In this document: positions 53,946 through 64,000 of the stretch, piece after piece
How positions within the stretch are numbered: position 1 is the stretch's first letter
How the letters are laid out: every line of letters begins with the position of its first letter
Origin: an uncultured Pseudomonadota bacterium
GTDB lineage: Bacteria; Pseudomonadota; Alphaproteobacteria; JACZXZ01
Assembly (NCBI GenBank): GCA_963749075.1
Contig: CAVVLJ010000016.1
Span: 608,001 to 672,000, forward strand
Direction of reading: 5' to 3'
Length of the DNA: 64,000 bases
The notes under the pieces: model-generated
The model's input: only the letters and a program-made list of their open reading frames with translations
What the model was told of the DNA's origin: nothing
Database searches by the model: none
Program-made: the position numbers and the translations under genes

Positions 53946-55203
53946 ATGTCCCGCTATTCCTTCCTCGAGCTCGCCCGCCAAGCGCTCGCCGGCCACAAGC
54001 ACTGGCCGCGCGCCTGGCGCGATCCCGTGCCCAAGCCGGCTTACGACGTGGTCGTCATCGGCGGCGGCGGCCACGGCTTGGCGACCGCCTATTACCTCGC
54101 CAAGCTGCACGGCATTCGCAACGTGGCGGTGCTCGAGAAGGGCTGGCTCGGCGGCGGCAACACCGGGCGCAACACCACGATCGTGCGCTCGAACTATCTC
54201 TTGCCCGCGAACGCGCATTTCTACGAGTTCTCCCTCAAGCTCTGGGAGGGACTCTCGGCGGAGCTCAACTTCAACGTCATGTTCAGCCAGCGCGGCGTCT
54301 TCAACCTCGCGCACTCGGACGCCCAGCTCGACGCTTACGCCCGGCGCGGCAATGCCATGCGCCTGCACGGCATCGATGCGGAGCTGCTCGGTCGCGAGGA
54401 GGTGGGCGCCATGGTGCCGCTCCTCGACGTTCTCGGAGCGCGCGCGTTTTCCTATAGTCGGCGCGCTTTTCCAGCGCCGCGGCGGCAACGCGCGGCACGA
54501 CGCGGTGGCCTGGGGCTATGCCCGCGCGGCCGACGGGCTCGGCGTCGACATCATCCAGAACTGCGAGGTGACCGGTTTCGCGCGGGCGGGCGGCCGCGTC
54601 GTCGGCGTCGAGACCTCGCGCGGCGCCATCCGTGCCGGTAAGGTCGGCATCGCGGTCGCCGGCCACAGCGGCCACGTCGCCGCCATGGCGGGCCTGCGCC
54701 TGCCGATCGAGACGCACGTCCTCCAGGCCATGGTGTCGGAGCCGCTCAAGCCCGTGCTCGACACGGTCATGACGTACGGCGCCGGGCACTTCTACGTGAG
54801 CCAGTCGGACAAGGGCGAGCTCGTCATGGGCGGCGATCTCGACATGTACAACAGCTACGGCCAGCGCGGCAACCTGCCGGTGCTCGAGGAGGTGGTCACA
54901 GCAGGCCTGCAGCTCTTCCCCTTCATGAGCCGGCTCAGGATGATGCGCCACTGGGGCGGCGTCATGGACATGACCATGGACGGCAGCCCGATCATCGGCA
55001 AGCTGCCGCTCGAGGGTCTCTACTTCGACGGCGGCTGGTGCTACGGCGGCTTCAAGGCGACGCCGGCATCGGGCTGGGTCTTCGCCCACACCATCGCGCA
55101 CGACCGCCCCCATGCGCTCAACGAGGCCTTCACCCTCGAGCGCTTCGCAAGCGGCCATATGATCGACGAGAAGGGCGCCGGCCCCGTGCCCAACGCCCAC
55201 TGA
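53946..55203 (+). CDS. soxB: Sarcosine oxidase subunit beta; +1 frameshift at ~54429
   Basis: YDVVVIGGGGHGLATAYYLAK, GGGNTGRNTTIVRSNY; continues in another frame as FPIVGA...ARHDAVAWGYAR...SQSDKGELV...GFKATP. Confidence 0.92.
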
Positions 55204-55215
55204 GAAGGCTCTCCC

Positions 55216-55488
55216 ATGCTGCTCATCAAGTGCCCCTGGTGCGGCGAGCGCGACCAACGGGAGTTCACCTACGGCGGCGACGCCAAGGCGGCCAGGAGCC
55301 GGCCCGCGGCCGACGCCCCGCTCGCGGCATGGTACGAGTACGTCTATCTGCGCGACAATCCGCGCGGACCGCATACCGAGCTCTGGCACCATACGGCGAG
55401 CTGCCGGCGCTGGATCGAGGTGGTGCGCGACACCCTCACCCACGACATCTCGGCGACGGCGCCCGCCCGCGGCGGGGGCGAGCGATGA
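55216..55488 (+). CDS. soxD: Sarcosine oxidase subunit delta
   Basis: MLLIKCPWCGER...EF...YLRDNPRG..ELWHHTASCRRW...RDT. Confidence 0.95.
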   Translation: MLLIKCPWCGERDQREFTYGGDAKAARSRPAADAPLAAWYEYVYLRDNPRGPHTELWHHTASCRRWIEVVRDTLTHDISATAPARGGGER

Positions 55489-58472
55489 GCCAGCCCTTCC
55501 GCAACCGCGACGGCGGCCATATCGACCGCGGGCGCACGGTCGGCTTCGCCTTCGACGGGCAACGCTACGAGGGCCATCCGGGCGACACCCTCGCCTCGGC
55601 GCTGCTGGCGAACGGCGTGCGGCTGGTGGCGCGCAGCTTCAAGTATCACCGGCCGCGCGGCATCTTCACCGCCGGCCCCGAGGAGCCGAATGCGCTCGTG
55701 CGCATCCTGGGCGGCGGCACGAGCGAGCCCAACGCGCGCGCCACCATGGTCGAGCTCCGCGACGGGCTCCAGGCCGAGAGCCAGAACCGCTGGCCGTCGC
55801 TCGCTTGCGATCTCCAGGCGGCGAGCGGCCTCTTCGCACCGCTCTTCCCCGCCGGCTTCTACTACAAGACCTTCATGGCGCCGCGCGGCCGCTGGATGTT
55901 TTACGAGCGCTTCATCCGCAAGGCCGCCGGCATCGGCATCGCCCCGCGCGAGCCCGATCCGGACACTTACGAGAAGTCCCACGCCCATTGCGACGTGCTG
56001 GTGGTGGGGGGCGGCCCGGCGGGGCTCGCAGCCGCGTTGGCCGCCGGACGGACCGGTGCCCGCGTCGTCCTCGCCGAGGAGACCGCCGCCTTCGGCGGCC
56101 AGCTCAAGGGCCGCCAAGTGGCGATCGAGGAGGCACCGGCGCTCGACTGGGTCGGCTGGGCGGTGGCCGAGCTCGCCGCCCTCCCGGAGGTGCGGCTCCT
56201 CGCGCGCACCACCGCCTTCGGCTATTACGACCACAATCTCGTGGCGCTTGCCGAGCGGGTGGCCGACCATCTGCCGGCAAGGCCTCCCTATGCGCCGCGC
56301 CAGCGCCTCTGGCACGTGCGTGCGCGCGAGGTGGTGCTGGCAACCGGCGCCATCGAGCGGCCGCTCGTCTTCGCCGGCAATGACCGGCCGGGCGTCATGC
56401 TGGCGGGTGCCGCGCGCTGCTACGCCAATCAGTTCGCCGTGCGCGCGGGCAGCCGCGCGGTCGTCTTCGCCAACAACGACGATGCCTACCGCGCCGCCGT
56501 CGAGCTCGCCGGCGCCGGCGTCGCCGTCGCCGCCATCGTCGACGCACGGCCGAATGTCGGCGGCCCGCTCGAGGCGCTGGCGCGCGCCAAGGACATCGAG
56601 GTCATAACCGGCCACGCCGTCGTGGCTGTCCGCGGCGGACGCCGGGTGCGCGGCGTCGCGGTGGCGGCAATCGACGGGCACGGCATCGCGCACGGGCCTC
56701 AGCGCAGCATCGCCTGCGACCTCCTTGCCGTCTCGGGCGGCTGGAGCCCGAGCGTGCATCTCCATTCCCAGTCGGGCGGCAAGCTCGCCTACGACGAGAC
56801 GCTCGCCGCCTTCGTGCCGGCGGAGGCCAGGCAGCGCGCGCGCTCGGCCGGCGCCGCGCGCGGGCGTCTCACCCTCGCTGCTTGCCTTGCCGACGGCTTT
56901 GCAGCGGGTGCGGCGGCGGCGCGCGAGGCGGGCTTCGGCAACGGCGCGGTAGCGCCGGCGCCGCGCGTCGAGGACGAGGGCGAGCCCGGGCTGCGCCCGC
57001 TCTGGGCTGTCTCCGCGCCGGGCCACAAGGGCAAGCGCTTCGTCGATCTCCAGGACGACGTGACGGTGGAGGACATCGGCCTCGCCGCGCGCGAGGGCTA
57101 CGTCTCGGTCGAGCATCTCAAGCGCTACACCACCCTCGGCATGGGCACCGACCAGGGCAAGACCTCGAACCTCAACGGCCTCGCCATCATGGCGCACTTG
57201 CGCGGCACGGCGATCCCCGCGGCCGGCACCACCACCTTCCGGCCGCCCTACACGCCGGTCGCCTTCGGGGCGTTCGGCGGGCGCGAGACCGGCAAGTCCT
57301 TCCAGGCGACCCGCCGCTCGGCCATGCACGAATGGCACGAGGAGCAGGGTGCCGTCTTCCTCGAAGCGGGCCTCTGGCTGCGCCCGCGCTATTACCCGCG
57401 CGGGCGCGAGGACATGCGCACGGCGGCCGCGCGCGAGGCCAAGCACGTGCGCGAGGCGGTCGGCCTCGTCGACGTCTCCACCCTCGGCAAGATCGAGCTC
57501 GAGGGCAGCGACGCGGCCGAGTTCCTGAACCGCGTCTACGTCAATGGCTGGAAAACGCTTGCGCCGGGCCGCGCGCGCTACGGCCTCATGCTGCGCGAGG
57601 ACGGCATCGTGTTCGACGACGGCACCACCTCGCGCATCGGCGAGCGCCGCTATTTCATGACCACGACCACCGCGAACGCGGCCAAGGTGCTCGCCCATCT
57701 CGAATATTACCTCCAGGTCGCGTGGCCCGATCTCAAGGTGCAGGTGACCTCGGTCACCGAGGAGTGGGCGGCGATGGCGCTCGCCGGGCCTAGGAGCCGC
57801 GCGGTGCTCTCGAGGCTCGCCCAAGCCGACGTGAGCAATGCTGCCTTGCCCTTCATGGGCGTGTGCGATTGCCGCATTGCCGGCGTCCCGGCGCGCGTCT
57901 TCCGCATCAGCTTCTCGGGCGAGCTCGCCTACGAGATCAACGTGCCGGCCGACTGGGGCCGCCAAGTGTGGGAGGCCATCATGGCCGAGGGCAGGAGCGA
58001 GGACATCATCGCCTATGGCACCGAGGCGATGGGCACGCTGCGCATCGAGAAGGGTCATCCGGCCGGCGCCGAGCTCAATGGCCAGACCACGCCCGCGGAC
58101 ATCGGGCTTGGCCATCTGGTCAGCAGCAAGAAAGACTTCATCGGGAGAGCGCTCCTGGCGCGACCTGGGCTTCAGGACCCCGAGCGGCCGCGTCTCGTCG
58201 GCCTCACGCCGCTCGACGGCAAGACGCGCATCGCGAACGGCTGCCAGATCGTGGCGGAGGCGAGCGGGACGGGAACGGCGATCGGCCACGTCACCTCGGT
58301 GGCGTCGAGCCCGGCGCTCGGCCACCCGATAGCACTCGCGCTCGTGGCCGGCGGCTTGAGGCGCAAGGGCGAGACGCTCTATGCCAGCTTCCCGATGCGC
58401 GGCACGGTGATGCCGGTCACGGTCGGCGACAGCGTCTTCGTCGATCCGGAGGGGAGGCGCCTCCATGGCTGA
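55485..58472 (+). CDS. soxA: Sarcosine oxidase subunit alpha
   Basis: GDTLASALLANG..RSFKYHRPRG, GFYYKTFM, GGGPAG, EHLKRYTTLGMGTDQGK, DVSTLGKI, RISFSGELAYE. Confidence 0.96.
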   Translation: MSQPFRNRDGGHIDRGRTVGFAFDGQRYEGHPGDTLASALLANGVRLVARSFKYHRPRGIFTAGPEEPNALVRILGGGTSEPNARATMVELRDGLQAESQNRWPSLACDLQAASGLFAPLFPAGFYYKTFMAPRGRWMFYERFIRKAAGIGIAPREPDPDTYEKSHAHCDVLVVGGGPAGLAAALAAGRTGARVVLAEETAAFGGQLKGRQVAIEEAPALDWVGWAVAELAALPEVRLLARTTAFGYYDHNLVALAERVADHLPARPPYAPRQRLWHVRAREVVLATGAIERPLVFAGNDRPGVMLAGAARCYANQFAVRAGSRAVVFANNDDAYRAAVELAGAGVAVAAIVDARPNVGGPLEALARAKDIEVITGHAVVAVRGGRRVRGVAVAAIDGHGIAHGPQRSIACDLLAVSGGWSPSVHLHSQSGGKLAYDETLAAFVPAEARQRARSAGAARGRLTLAACLADGFAAGAAAAREAGFGNGAVAPAPRVEDEGEPGLRPLWAVSAPGHKGKRFVDLQDDVTVEDIGLAAREGYVSVEHLKRYTTLGMGTDQGKTSNLNGLAIMAHLRGTAIPAAGTTTFRPPYTPVAFGAFGGRETGKSFQATRRSAMHEWHEEQGAVFLEAGLWLRPRYYPRGREDMRTAAAREAKHVREAVGLVDVSTLGKIELEGSDAAEFLNRVYVNGWKTLAPGRARYGLMLREDGIVFDDGTTSRIGERRYFMTTTTANAAKVLAHLEYYLQVAWPDLKVQVTSVTEEWAAMALAGPRSRAVLSRLAQADVSNAALPFMGVCDCRIAGVPARVFRISFSGELAYEINVPADWGRQVWEAIMAEGRSEDIIAYGTEAMGTLRIEKGHPAGAELNGQTTPADIGLGHLVSSKKDFIGRALLARPGLQDPERPRLVGLTPLDGKTRIANGCQIVAEASGTGTAIGHVTSVASSPALGHPIALALVAGGLRRKGETLYASFPMRGTVMPVTVGDSVFVDPEGRRLHG

Positions 58473-59073
58473 GACGCTGGCGCGCCGCTCGGCACTCGCT
58501 GCCGTGGCTCACGCCGGCGACTATGGCACGGTGCCCACGAGCGGTCCCGGCGTGGTGCTCGCCGAGCGCCGCGGCTTGGCCATGGTGCAGCTCGCCGCGG
58601 CACCCGACGCTTATGCGAGTGCTGTCGCGCGCGTCACTGCGGCGATCGGCCTCGCATTGCCGACAGCGCCCAATAGCGCCCTCGCGGCGGGCGAACTTGC
58701 CGCCCTGTGGACCGGCCCGGGCAGAGCACTTCTCATCGCCCCCGACGCGCATCCGCTCGAGGAGAAGCTGCGGCAGTCGCTTGCCGATCTCGAGGTGGCG
58801 GTCACGGCGCTTGGTCACGGACGCACGGTGATCCGGCTCTCCGGCAGCCATGTGCGCGACCTCCTCGCCAAGGGCTGCGGGCTCGACTTCCACCCGCGCG
58901 TCTTCGGCGCCGGCAGCGCCGTGCAGAGCGGCTACGCGCACGTCAACGTGCTGCTCCACGCGCTCGACGATTCCCCCACCGTCGATCTTTACGCCGCGCG
59001 CGGCTTCGCCGTCTCGCTCTGGGAGCATCTCCTCGAGGGTGCCCTCGAATACGGCTGCCGGGTCCTCGGATAG
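58465..59073 (+). CDS. soxG: Sarcosine oxidase subunit gamma
   Basis: LPTAPN, LWTGP, LAKGCGLDFHP, RGFAVSLWEHL; overlaps the soxA stop. Confidence 0.9.
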   Translation: MAETLARRSALAAVAHAGDYGTVPTSGPGVVLAERRGLAMVQLAAAPDAYASAVARVTAAIGLALPTAPNSALAAGELAALWTGPGRALLIAPDAHPLEEKLRQSLADLEVAVTALGHGRTVIRLSGSHVRDLLAKGCGLDFHPRVFGAGSAVQSGYAHVNVLLHALDDSPTVDLYAARGFAVSLWEHLLEGALEYGCRVLG

Positions 59074-59081
59074 CGCCGCCG

Positions 59082-60617
59082 CTACGCGCCGGGCCACGCG
59101 GCGTCGCCCACGTCCGCGAGGCTGGTCACCAGCTGCAATTCGCCGCTGCGCAAGGCGTCCGCCGGAGCCAGCGTGAGCCGCTGGAAGAGCCTCTCGGGCC
59201 GCGTCCGCTCGGCGCTGAAAAGCCCGACCCAGGCGTTGCGGCCGCCGCGCTTCGCGAGATAGAGCCCGCGGTCGGCAAGCTCCACGACCTGGCTCCAGGC
59301 GATGAGACGCGGATGGGCCGGAAGGAACGGGAAGCAGGCGAATCCCACCGAGCATGTGGCGGTCAGGCTGAGGCCGTCGCCCAGCTCGAAGGGGCTGCCG
59401 CCGACCACTTCGCGCACCCGCTCCGCCATGCCCTGGGCTTCCGAGCGGTTGACCGCGCGGGCCACCACGAGGAACTCCTCGCCGCCCCAGCGTACCAGGT
59501 GATCGGACGCGCGAAAGACCTCCTTGAGACGGTGGTGCATCTCGACCAGCGCCTGGTCGCCGACGGCATGGCCGTAGCGGTCGTTCACCGCTTTGAAATG
59601 GTCGAGATCGACGAGGTAGAAAATCATATCCGCGGTGGCGGGCAACGGCTGCGTCGGACGCCTCAGCCATTGCTCGTAGTGCCGCAGCGTGAGGGCCACG
59701 TCGGCGTCCATGTATTGCTGCAGGAACCGGCGGTTGCGCATGCCGGTCAGCGGGTCCGTCAGGCTGACCTCCTCGATCGCGCGGTAGGCCGCCTCGGCCT
59801 GCTGCCGCTGCTCCGTGATGTCGCGATAGACCCAGGCCACCGCCGAGAACGGCAGCGTGCCGGCGGAGACTTGTGCGGCATAGCGGATGACGACGCGGCC
59901 GTCCTTGAAATGAAGCTCGTCCGTCCGCGGCGCCGGCAACCGGCCGGCCTGCAGGATGTCGAGGCTGTTGTCGACGAAGCCTTCGGGGACCACGAGCTGA
60001 TCGGTGAACGGCTTGAGGAGCTCGGCCGAGATCGGAGGGCCGGACTGGCGCAGCCGGATGTAGTCGTCGCTGAGGCGCCACATCTCCTTGTATCTCTTGT
60101 TCCAGAAGAGGTATTTGCCCTTCGGATCGGACACCATGATGCCGTCGGGAGAGGCCTCGGCGGTAGCCTCGAGCAGGGTGCGAAACTCGCTGAGCCTGCG
60201 CTCCGCCGCACGCCCCGCCCCGCCCTCGGCACCCGAGCTCAAGCCGCCGATGACGGCGCCGGCGTCATCGCGCACCAGCGTGTGGTGCCAATCGACCAGG
60301 CGCGTCCCGCCGCGGCTAGTCAGCACCGCCGTCTCCATGCCCTGGCTGGTCTCGTGCTGCCCGCCGAGAAAGGCCGCATAGAGCGCTCTTTGCTCCTCGC
60401 GCCCGGCTTCCGGCACGAACTCGTCGAACCAATTGCGCCCGAGGGCGTCTTCCTCGCTCACGCCGAGAAGCTCGCAGCCCTTGCGATTTAGGAGGGCCAC
60501 CCTCAGCGCCGTATCGAGCACGACGATGACGACGCCGGCGATATCGAGGTATCTCCGGGCGTGATCGCGCCGCAATTGCAGCGCCAGCTCCTCGTGCTCC
60601 GCGCGCGCGATGGCCAT
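59082..60617 (-). CDS. PAS-PAS-GGDEF diguanylate cyclase
   Basis: PAS motifs (NRKGCELLG..GRNWF; SPDGI..WNKRY); TDPLTGMRNRR, DLDHFKAVNDRYGHAVGD, RASD I-site, GGEEF; start MAIARAE at 60617. Confidence 0.9.
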   Translation of the reverse strand: MAIARAEHEELALQLRRDHARRYLDIAGVVIVVLDTALRVALLNRKGCELLGVSEEDALGRNWFDEFVPEAGREEQRALYAAFLGGQHETSQGMETAVLTSRGGTRLVDWHHTLVRDDAGAVIGGLSSGAEGGAGRAAERRLSEFRTLLEATAEASPDGIMVSDPKGKYLFWNKRYKEMWRLSDDYIRLRQSGPPISAELLKPFTDQLVVPEGFVDNSLDILQAGRLPAPRTDELHFKDGRVVIRYAAQVSAGTLPFSAVAWVYRDITEQRQQAEAAYRAIEEVSLTDPLTGMRNRRFLQQYMDADVALTLRHYEQWLRRPTQPLPATADMIFYLVDLDHFKAVNDRYGHAVGDQALVEMHHRLKEVFRASDHLVRWGGEEFLVVARAVNRSEAQGMAERVREVVGGSPFELGDGLSLTATCSVGFACFPFLPAHPRLIAWSQVVELADRGLYLAKRGGRNAWVGLFSAERTRPERLFQRLTLAPADALRSGELQLVTSLADVGDAAWPGA

Positions 60618-60652
60618 GCCTTCATTTATACCACAAAAGAATGTAAATCTAT

Positions 60653-61591
60653 TCAGGTAAGGGCCGCAAAGAAGCCCTTCCCCGCCATCGCCTTGAGCGC
60701 GGCACCGGCCTCGCGGCCGATGCGCAGGGCGTCGCCGTGGGGGCCGCTCACGGCCGTGCGATGGATGGCGCTGCCGTCGGGCATGGCGACGAGACCGCGG
60801 AGCGTGAGCTCGCCGCCGCTTGCGATCACGGCGAGCCCGGCGATGGGCGTGCGGCACGAGCCCTCGAGCTCGGCGAGCATGGCGCGCTCGGCTGCGACCG
60901 CCAAAGCGCTCGGCGCGTGGTCGAGAGGGACAAGCCAAGCCCGCGCGCGCGCGTCGTCGGCGCGGATCTCGACGGCGAGGGCGCCCTGCGCCACCGCGGG
61001 CAGCATCTCCTCCGGCTCGAGGATGCTGCGCGCGGCATCCTGCCTGCCGATGCGGCGCAGCCCGGCGATGCCGAGGATGGTGGCGTCCGCCTGGCCGGCG
61101 CCGAGCTTGTCGATGCGCGTCCCGGCATTGCCGCGGAAGGGTACCACCTTGAGGGCGGGCCAGCGGGCGAGAATCTGGGCCTGGCGGCGCGGCGAGCTCG
61201 TGCCCACCACGGCACCCGAAGGCAGCGCTGCGATGCGCTCGGCGTGCGGCGAGACGAAGGCGTCGCGCGGGTCGTCGCGCTTGAGGATGCAGGCGAGCTC
61301 GAGGCCGCGGGGCAGGAAGCCCGGCACGTCCTTGGCCGAATGCACGGCTATGTCGATGCGCCCCCCCGCTAACGCCTCCTCGATCTCCTTGATGAAGAGG
61401 CCCTTGCCGCCGATCTCGGCGAGGGCGCGGTCCTGCACCCGGTCGCCCGAGGTCTTGATCGCCACGATCTCGATGGCGCCCGCCGCGGCCAGCGCGGGAT
61501 GAGCCGCCATCAGCGCGTCGCGCACCTGGTGCGCCTGGACGAGCGCCATGGGGCTGCCGCGCGTGCCGATGCGGAGAAGTGCGGTGGCCAC
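60653..61591 (-). CDS. hemC: Hydroxymethylbilane synthase (porphobilinogen deaminase)
   Basis: LRIGTRGSPMAL, TSGD, GGKGLFIKEIE, VHSAKDVP, GTSSPRR, RGN, LPAVAQGAL, LEGSCRTPI. Confidence 0.96.
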   Translation of the reverse strand: MATALLRIGTRGSPMALVQAHQVRDALMAAHPALAAAGAIEIVAIKTSGDRVQDRALAEIGGKGLFIKEIEEALAGGRIDIAVHSAKDVPGFLPRGLELACILKRDDPRDAFVSPHAERIAALPSGAVVGTSSPRRQAQILARWPALKVVPFRGNAGTRIDKLGAGQADATILGIAGLRRIGRQDAARSILEPEEMLPAVAQGALAVEIRADDARARAWLVPLDHAPSALAVAAERAMLAELEGSCRTPIAGLAVIASGGELTLRGLVAMPDGSAIHRTAVSGPHGDALRIGREAGAALKAMAGKGFFAALT

Positions 61592-61743
61592 GGCCGAACC
61601 TCGATCCTCGCGAGCCTTGAACCGCCCATTGATCGGGGAGAACCCGCGCAAGATCAAGTGGCAACTCAGGATCTTCGCCTTCGCTGCAGCCTCGCCGCGC
61701 GGGCGCCGATGCGCTATGAGTGGGGCAAAACGGGAGGGATGGC

Positions 61744-62700
61744 ATGGCGCTCGCAAAAGGCACCAAGGTCGCGGTCATAGGCGCAGGCCTGATCGGCCGC
61801 TCCTGGGCCATCGTCTTCGCGCGCGCCGGCGCCGAGGTGGCGGTCATCGACGCCGACGAGACGCTCGGCCGCGCCGCACTCGGCGAGGTCCGCCGCGGGC
61901 TCGAGGTCCTGGCGGAAGACGGCCTCCTCGAGGAGGCGCCGGCAGCAGCACTCGCGCGCGTGAGCCTGGCGCCCTGCCTGGCCGAAGCGCTGGCGGGCGC
62001 CGCTTACATCCAGGAGAGCGTCGCCGAGACCCTCGAGGCCAAGCGTGCGATCTTCGCCGCGCTCGACGAAGTGGCAGGGCCGCGGACTCTGCTCGCGAGC
62101 TCGACCTCGAACATCCCGGGCTCGCAATTCATGGAGGGGATCAAGGCCCGCGCCCGCGCGCTCGTGGCGCACCCGGTCAACCCGCCGCACCTTGTGCCGC
62201 TCGTCGAGCTCGTGCCGACGCCCTGGACCGGCCCCGATACGGTCGCCAGCGCCAAGGAGCTCTTGGCCTCAGCGGGCCAGGTGCCCATCGTGCTCAAGCG
62301 CGAAGTCGAGGGCTTCATCCTCAACCGCCTGCAGGCAGCGCTCGTGAGCGAGGCCTTCCGCCTCGTCGAGGACGGCTATGTCTCGACCGAGGACCTGGAC
62401 AAGACGGTCAGGCACGGCCTCGGCCTGCGCTGGTCCTTCATGGGCCCGTTCGAGACCATCGACCTCAACGCACCCGGCGGCGTGCGCGACTATGCGGTGC
62501 GCTACGGTGCCGCCATCCGGCGCCTCGTCGAGCAGCAGGCCGACCCGCGGCCCTGGCCTGAGAGCCTGATCGAGCGCATCGAGGCCGAGCGCCGCGCCCT
62601 TCTCCCGGCGGACAGGCTCGCCGAGCGCGCCCATTGGCGCGACCGCCGCCTGGCCGCGCTCCTCGCCCACAAGCGCGAGCAGGAAGCGAGCGGACGCTGA
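61744..62700 (+). CDS. 3-hydroxyacyl-CoA dehydrogenase family (lambda-crystallin/L-gulonate or carnitine dehydrogenase-like)
   Basis: GAGLIGRSW, QESVAE, SSTS, HPVNPPHLVPLVE, GFILNRLQ, GLGLRWSFMGPFET. Confidence 0.92.
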   Translation: MALAKGTKVAVIGAGLIGRSWAIVFARAGAEVAVIDADETLGRAALGEVRRGLEVLAEDGLLEEAPAAALARVSLAPCLAEALAGAAYIQESVAETLEAKRAIFAALDEVAGPRTLLASSTSNIPGSQFMEGIKARARALVAHPVNPPHLVPLVELVPTPWTGPDTVASAKELLASAGQVPIVLKREVEGFILNRLQAALVSEAFRLVEDGYVSTEDLDKTVRHGLGLRWSFMGPFETIDLNAPGGVRDYAVRYGAAIRRLVEQQADPRPWPESLIERIEAERRALLPADRLAERAHWRDRRLAALLAHKREQEASGR

Positions 62701-62709
62701 GTCCGCGGC

Positions 62710-62738
62710 TTGACACGTTGTCCGCTACAAGAGACAAT
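62710..62738 (+). promoter_or_regulatory. sigma70 promoter of the TA operon with an overlapping inverted repeat (operator)
   Basis: TTGACA-N17-GACAAT; TTGTC (62718)...GACAA (62733) dyad; GTG start 6 nt after the -10 box suggests a leaderless mRNA. Confidence 0.65.
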
Positions 62739-62743
62739 CCGCC

Positions 62744-63036
62744 GTGATCAAGGTTCGGCAGACTGACGAGTTCGCCGACTGGTTTGCGAGAGCTGAGAGG
62801 ATCGCGAAGCTCGCGCCCGCATCACGGTTCGCATCCGCCGCTTGTCGCTTGGCAACGCGGGTGACGTGAAGCCGGCGGGCAGCGGCGTCTCGGAAATGCG
62901 AATCGACTACGGCCCCGGTTACCGGGTGTATTTCGTGCGGCGCGGCGACGCGATCGTGATCTTGCTCTGCGGCGGCGACAAACGGACGCAGGATCGCGAC
63001 ATCGCGCGCGCCGTCGAACTGGCGCAAGAGGTTTGA
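62744..63036 (+). pseudogene. RelE/ParE-superfamily addiction-module toxin (HI1419-like), frameshifted at ~62790-62800
   Basis: MIKVRQTDEFADWF, then in another frame DREARARITVRIRRLSLGNAGDVKPAGSGVSEMRIDYGPGYRVYF...LLCGGDKRTQDRDI; net +2 nt. Confidence 0.85.
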
Positions 63037-63047
63037 GAGAGGGCGAT

Positions 63048-63329
63048 ATGGCTCGCAAGACTCGCCGCTGGGATGCTGCCGATACTCTGAAGACCAAGGA
63101 GGATATCGCCGCCTATCTCGACGCCGTGCTTGAGGACGGCGACCCAGATTTGTTGAAGGCTGCGCTGGGCAACGTCGCCCGCGCCAAGGGCATGACCGAG
63201 ATCGCCCAGGCCGCGGGACTCGGCCGAGCCAATCTCTACAAGGCGCTGTCGCCTGACGGCAATCCGGAGTTCGCGACTGTCGCCAAGGTTCTGCGCGCGC
63301 TCGGCCTGCGGCTCACAATCGCCGCCTGA
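63048..63329 (+). CDS. Addiction-module antidote protein (HI1420-like HTH antitoxin)
   Basis: WDAADTL...[11 protein letters not shown]...[15 protein letters not shown]...[24 protein letters not shown]. Confidence 0.93.
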   Translation: MARKTRRWDAADTLKTKEDIAAYLDAVLEDGDPDLLKAALGNVARAKGMTEIAQAAGLGRANLYKALSPDGNPEFATVAKVLRALGLRLTIAA

Positions 63330-63475
63330 ACGGCGGCCGCCTTCTCGAGCGTAGCGCATATTGTGCTGCGACCGTCGATGCCACTCCCGCTCCGTTCCTG
63401 GGTTTGACGCGAGCCTATGGCGCGGACGAGAATGGCGCCCGCCGGGCCGCACCGCGGCTGTGGCGGGGGAGGACC

Positions 63476-64000
63476 ATGGCGCGCCGGCTGATCGACATCT
63501 CGATGCATCTGGAGAACGACGTGGTCTCGGACCCGCCGGGCTACGGGCCGCGCATCGAGTACTTGACGCACCGCAATACCGCGGCCGACGTGGTGAAGTT
63601 CTTCCCCGGCCTCAAGGAGGAGGACCTGCCCGAGGGCCAGGGCTGGGCGATCGAGTGGATCCGCCTCATGACGCACAACGGCACCCATCTCGACGCGCCC
63701 TATCACTTCCATGAGACGATGAATCGCGGCGAGCGCGCGATCACGATCGACGAGGTGCCGCTCGACTGGTGCCTGAGGCCCGGCGTCAAGCTCGACTTCC
63801 GCCATCTCGCGGACGGCCACGTGGTGAGCGCCCGCGAGGTCGAGGCCGAGCTCGCGCGCATCGGCCACGCGCTCGAGCCCTTCGACATCGTGCTCGTCAA
63901 CACGCGCGCCGGCAGCGCCTACGGCCAGGCCGACTACGTCTCGGCCGGCTGCGGCATGGGCCGCGAGGCGACGCTTTATCTCCTCGAGCAGGGCGTGCGG
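63476..64000 (+). CDS. Cyclase-family (kynurenine formamidase-like) protein, partial at window edge
   Basis: Own translation from ATG at 63476: [13 protein letters not shown]...[13 protein letters not shown] (HxGTHxD)...DIVLVNT. Confidence 0.92.
   Translation, partial: MARRLIDISMHLENDVVSDPPGYGPRIEYLTHRNTAADVVKFFPGLKEEDLPEGQGWAIEWIRLMTHNGTHLDAPYHFHETMNRGERAITIDEVPLDWCLRPGVKLDFRHLADGHVVSAREVEAELARIGHALEPFDIVLVNTRAGSAYGQADYVSAGCGMGREATLYLLEQGVR

Noticed and set aside
59082-61847. Apparent 921-aa GGDEF protein overlapping hemC on the same strand
   Set aside because: The N-terminal ~410 aa is an R/A/G-rich alternative frame of hemC; real domain content begins at the Met at 60617

Overview
High-GC (~70% by eye) bacterial chromosomal window, most likely an alphaproteobacterium (inferred from the rpsF-rpsR-DUF2232-rplI order, HU type, soxBDAG and the intergenic palindrome family). 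It opens with the rpsF-rpsR-(DUF2232)-rplI operon and a candidate S6:S18 leader. Most of the rest is catabolic and transport genes: a ureohydrolase / MmgE-PrpD / argininosuccinate-lyase-like cluster, hydrolases, ABC and TRAP transporters, three LysR regulators, soxBDAG, hemC and aroE. It also holds a BvgS-like hybrid kinase with a REC-EAL partner, a diguanylate cyclase and toxin-antitoxin-like pairs. The most striking region is 33.2-38.6 kb: a secreted disulfide protein, a secreted WD40-caspase (peptidase C14), a lipoprotein serine hydrolase and a convergent short-passenger autotransporter. The caspase N-terminus repeats the residue pattern of the autotransporter's predicted barrel-plug helix. 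Four otherwise intact genes carry small frameshifts. Two of these sit in the identical context CTCGAACTC, which restores to a GANTC site and suggests methylation-linked sequencing errors. No tRNA, rRNA, CRISPR array, transposase or integrase was seen. All calls rest on motif recognition by eye; no database was searched.
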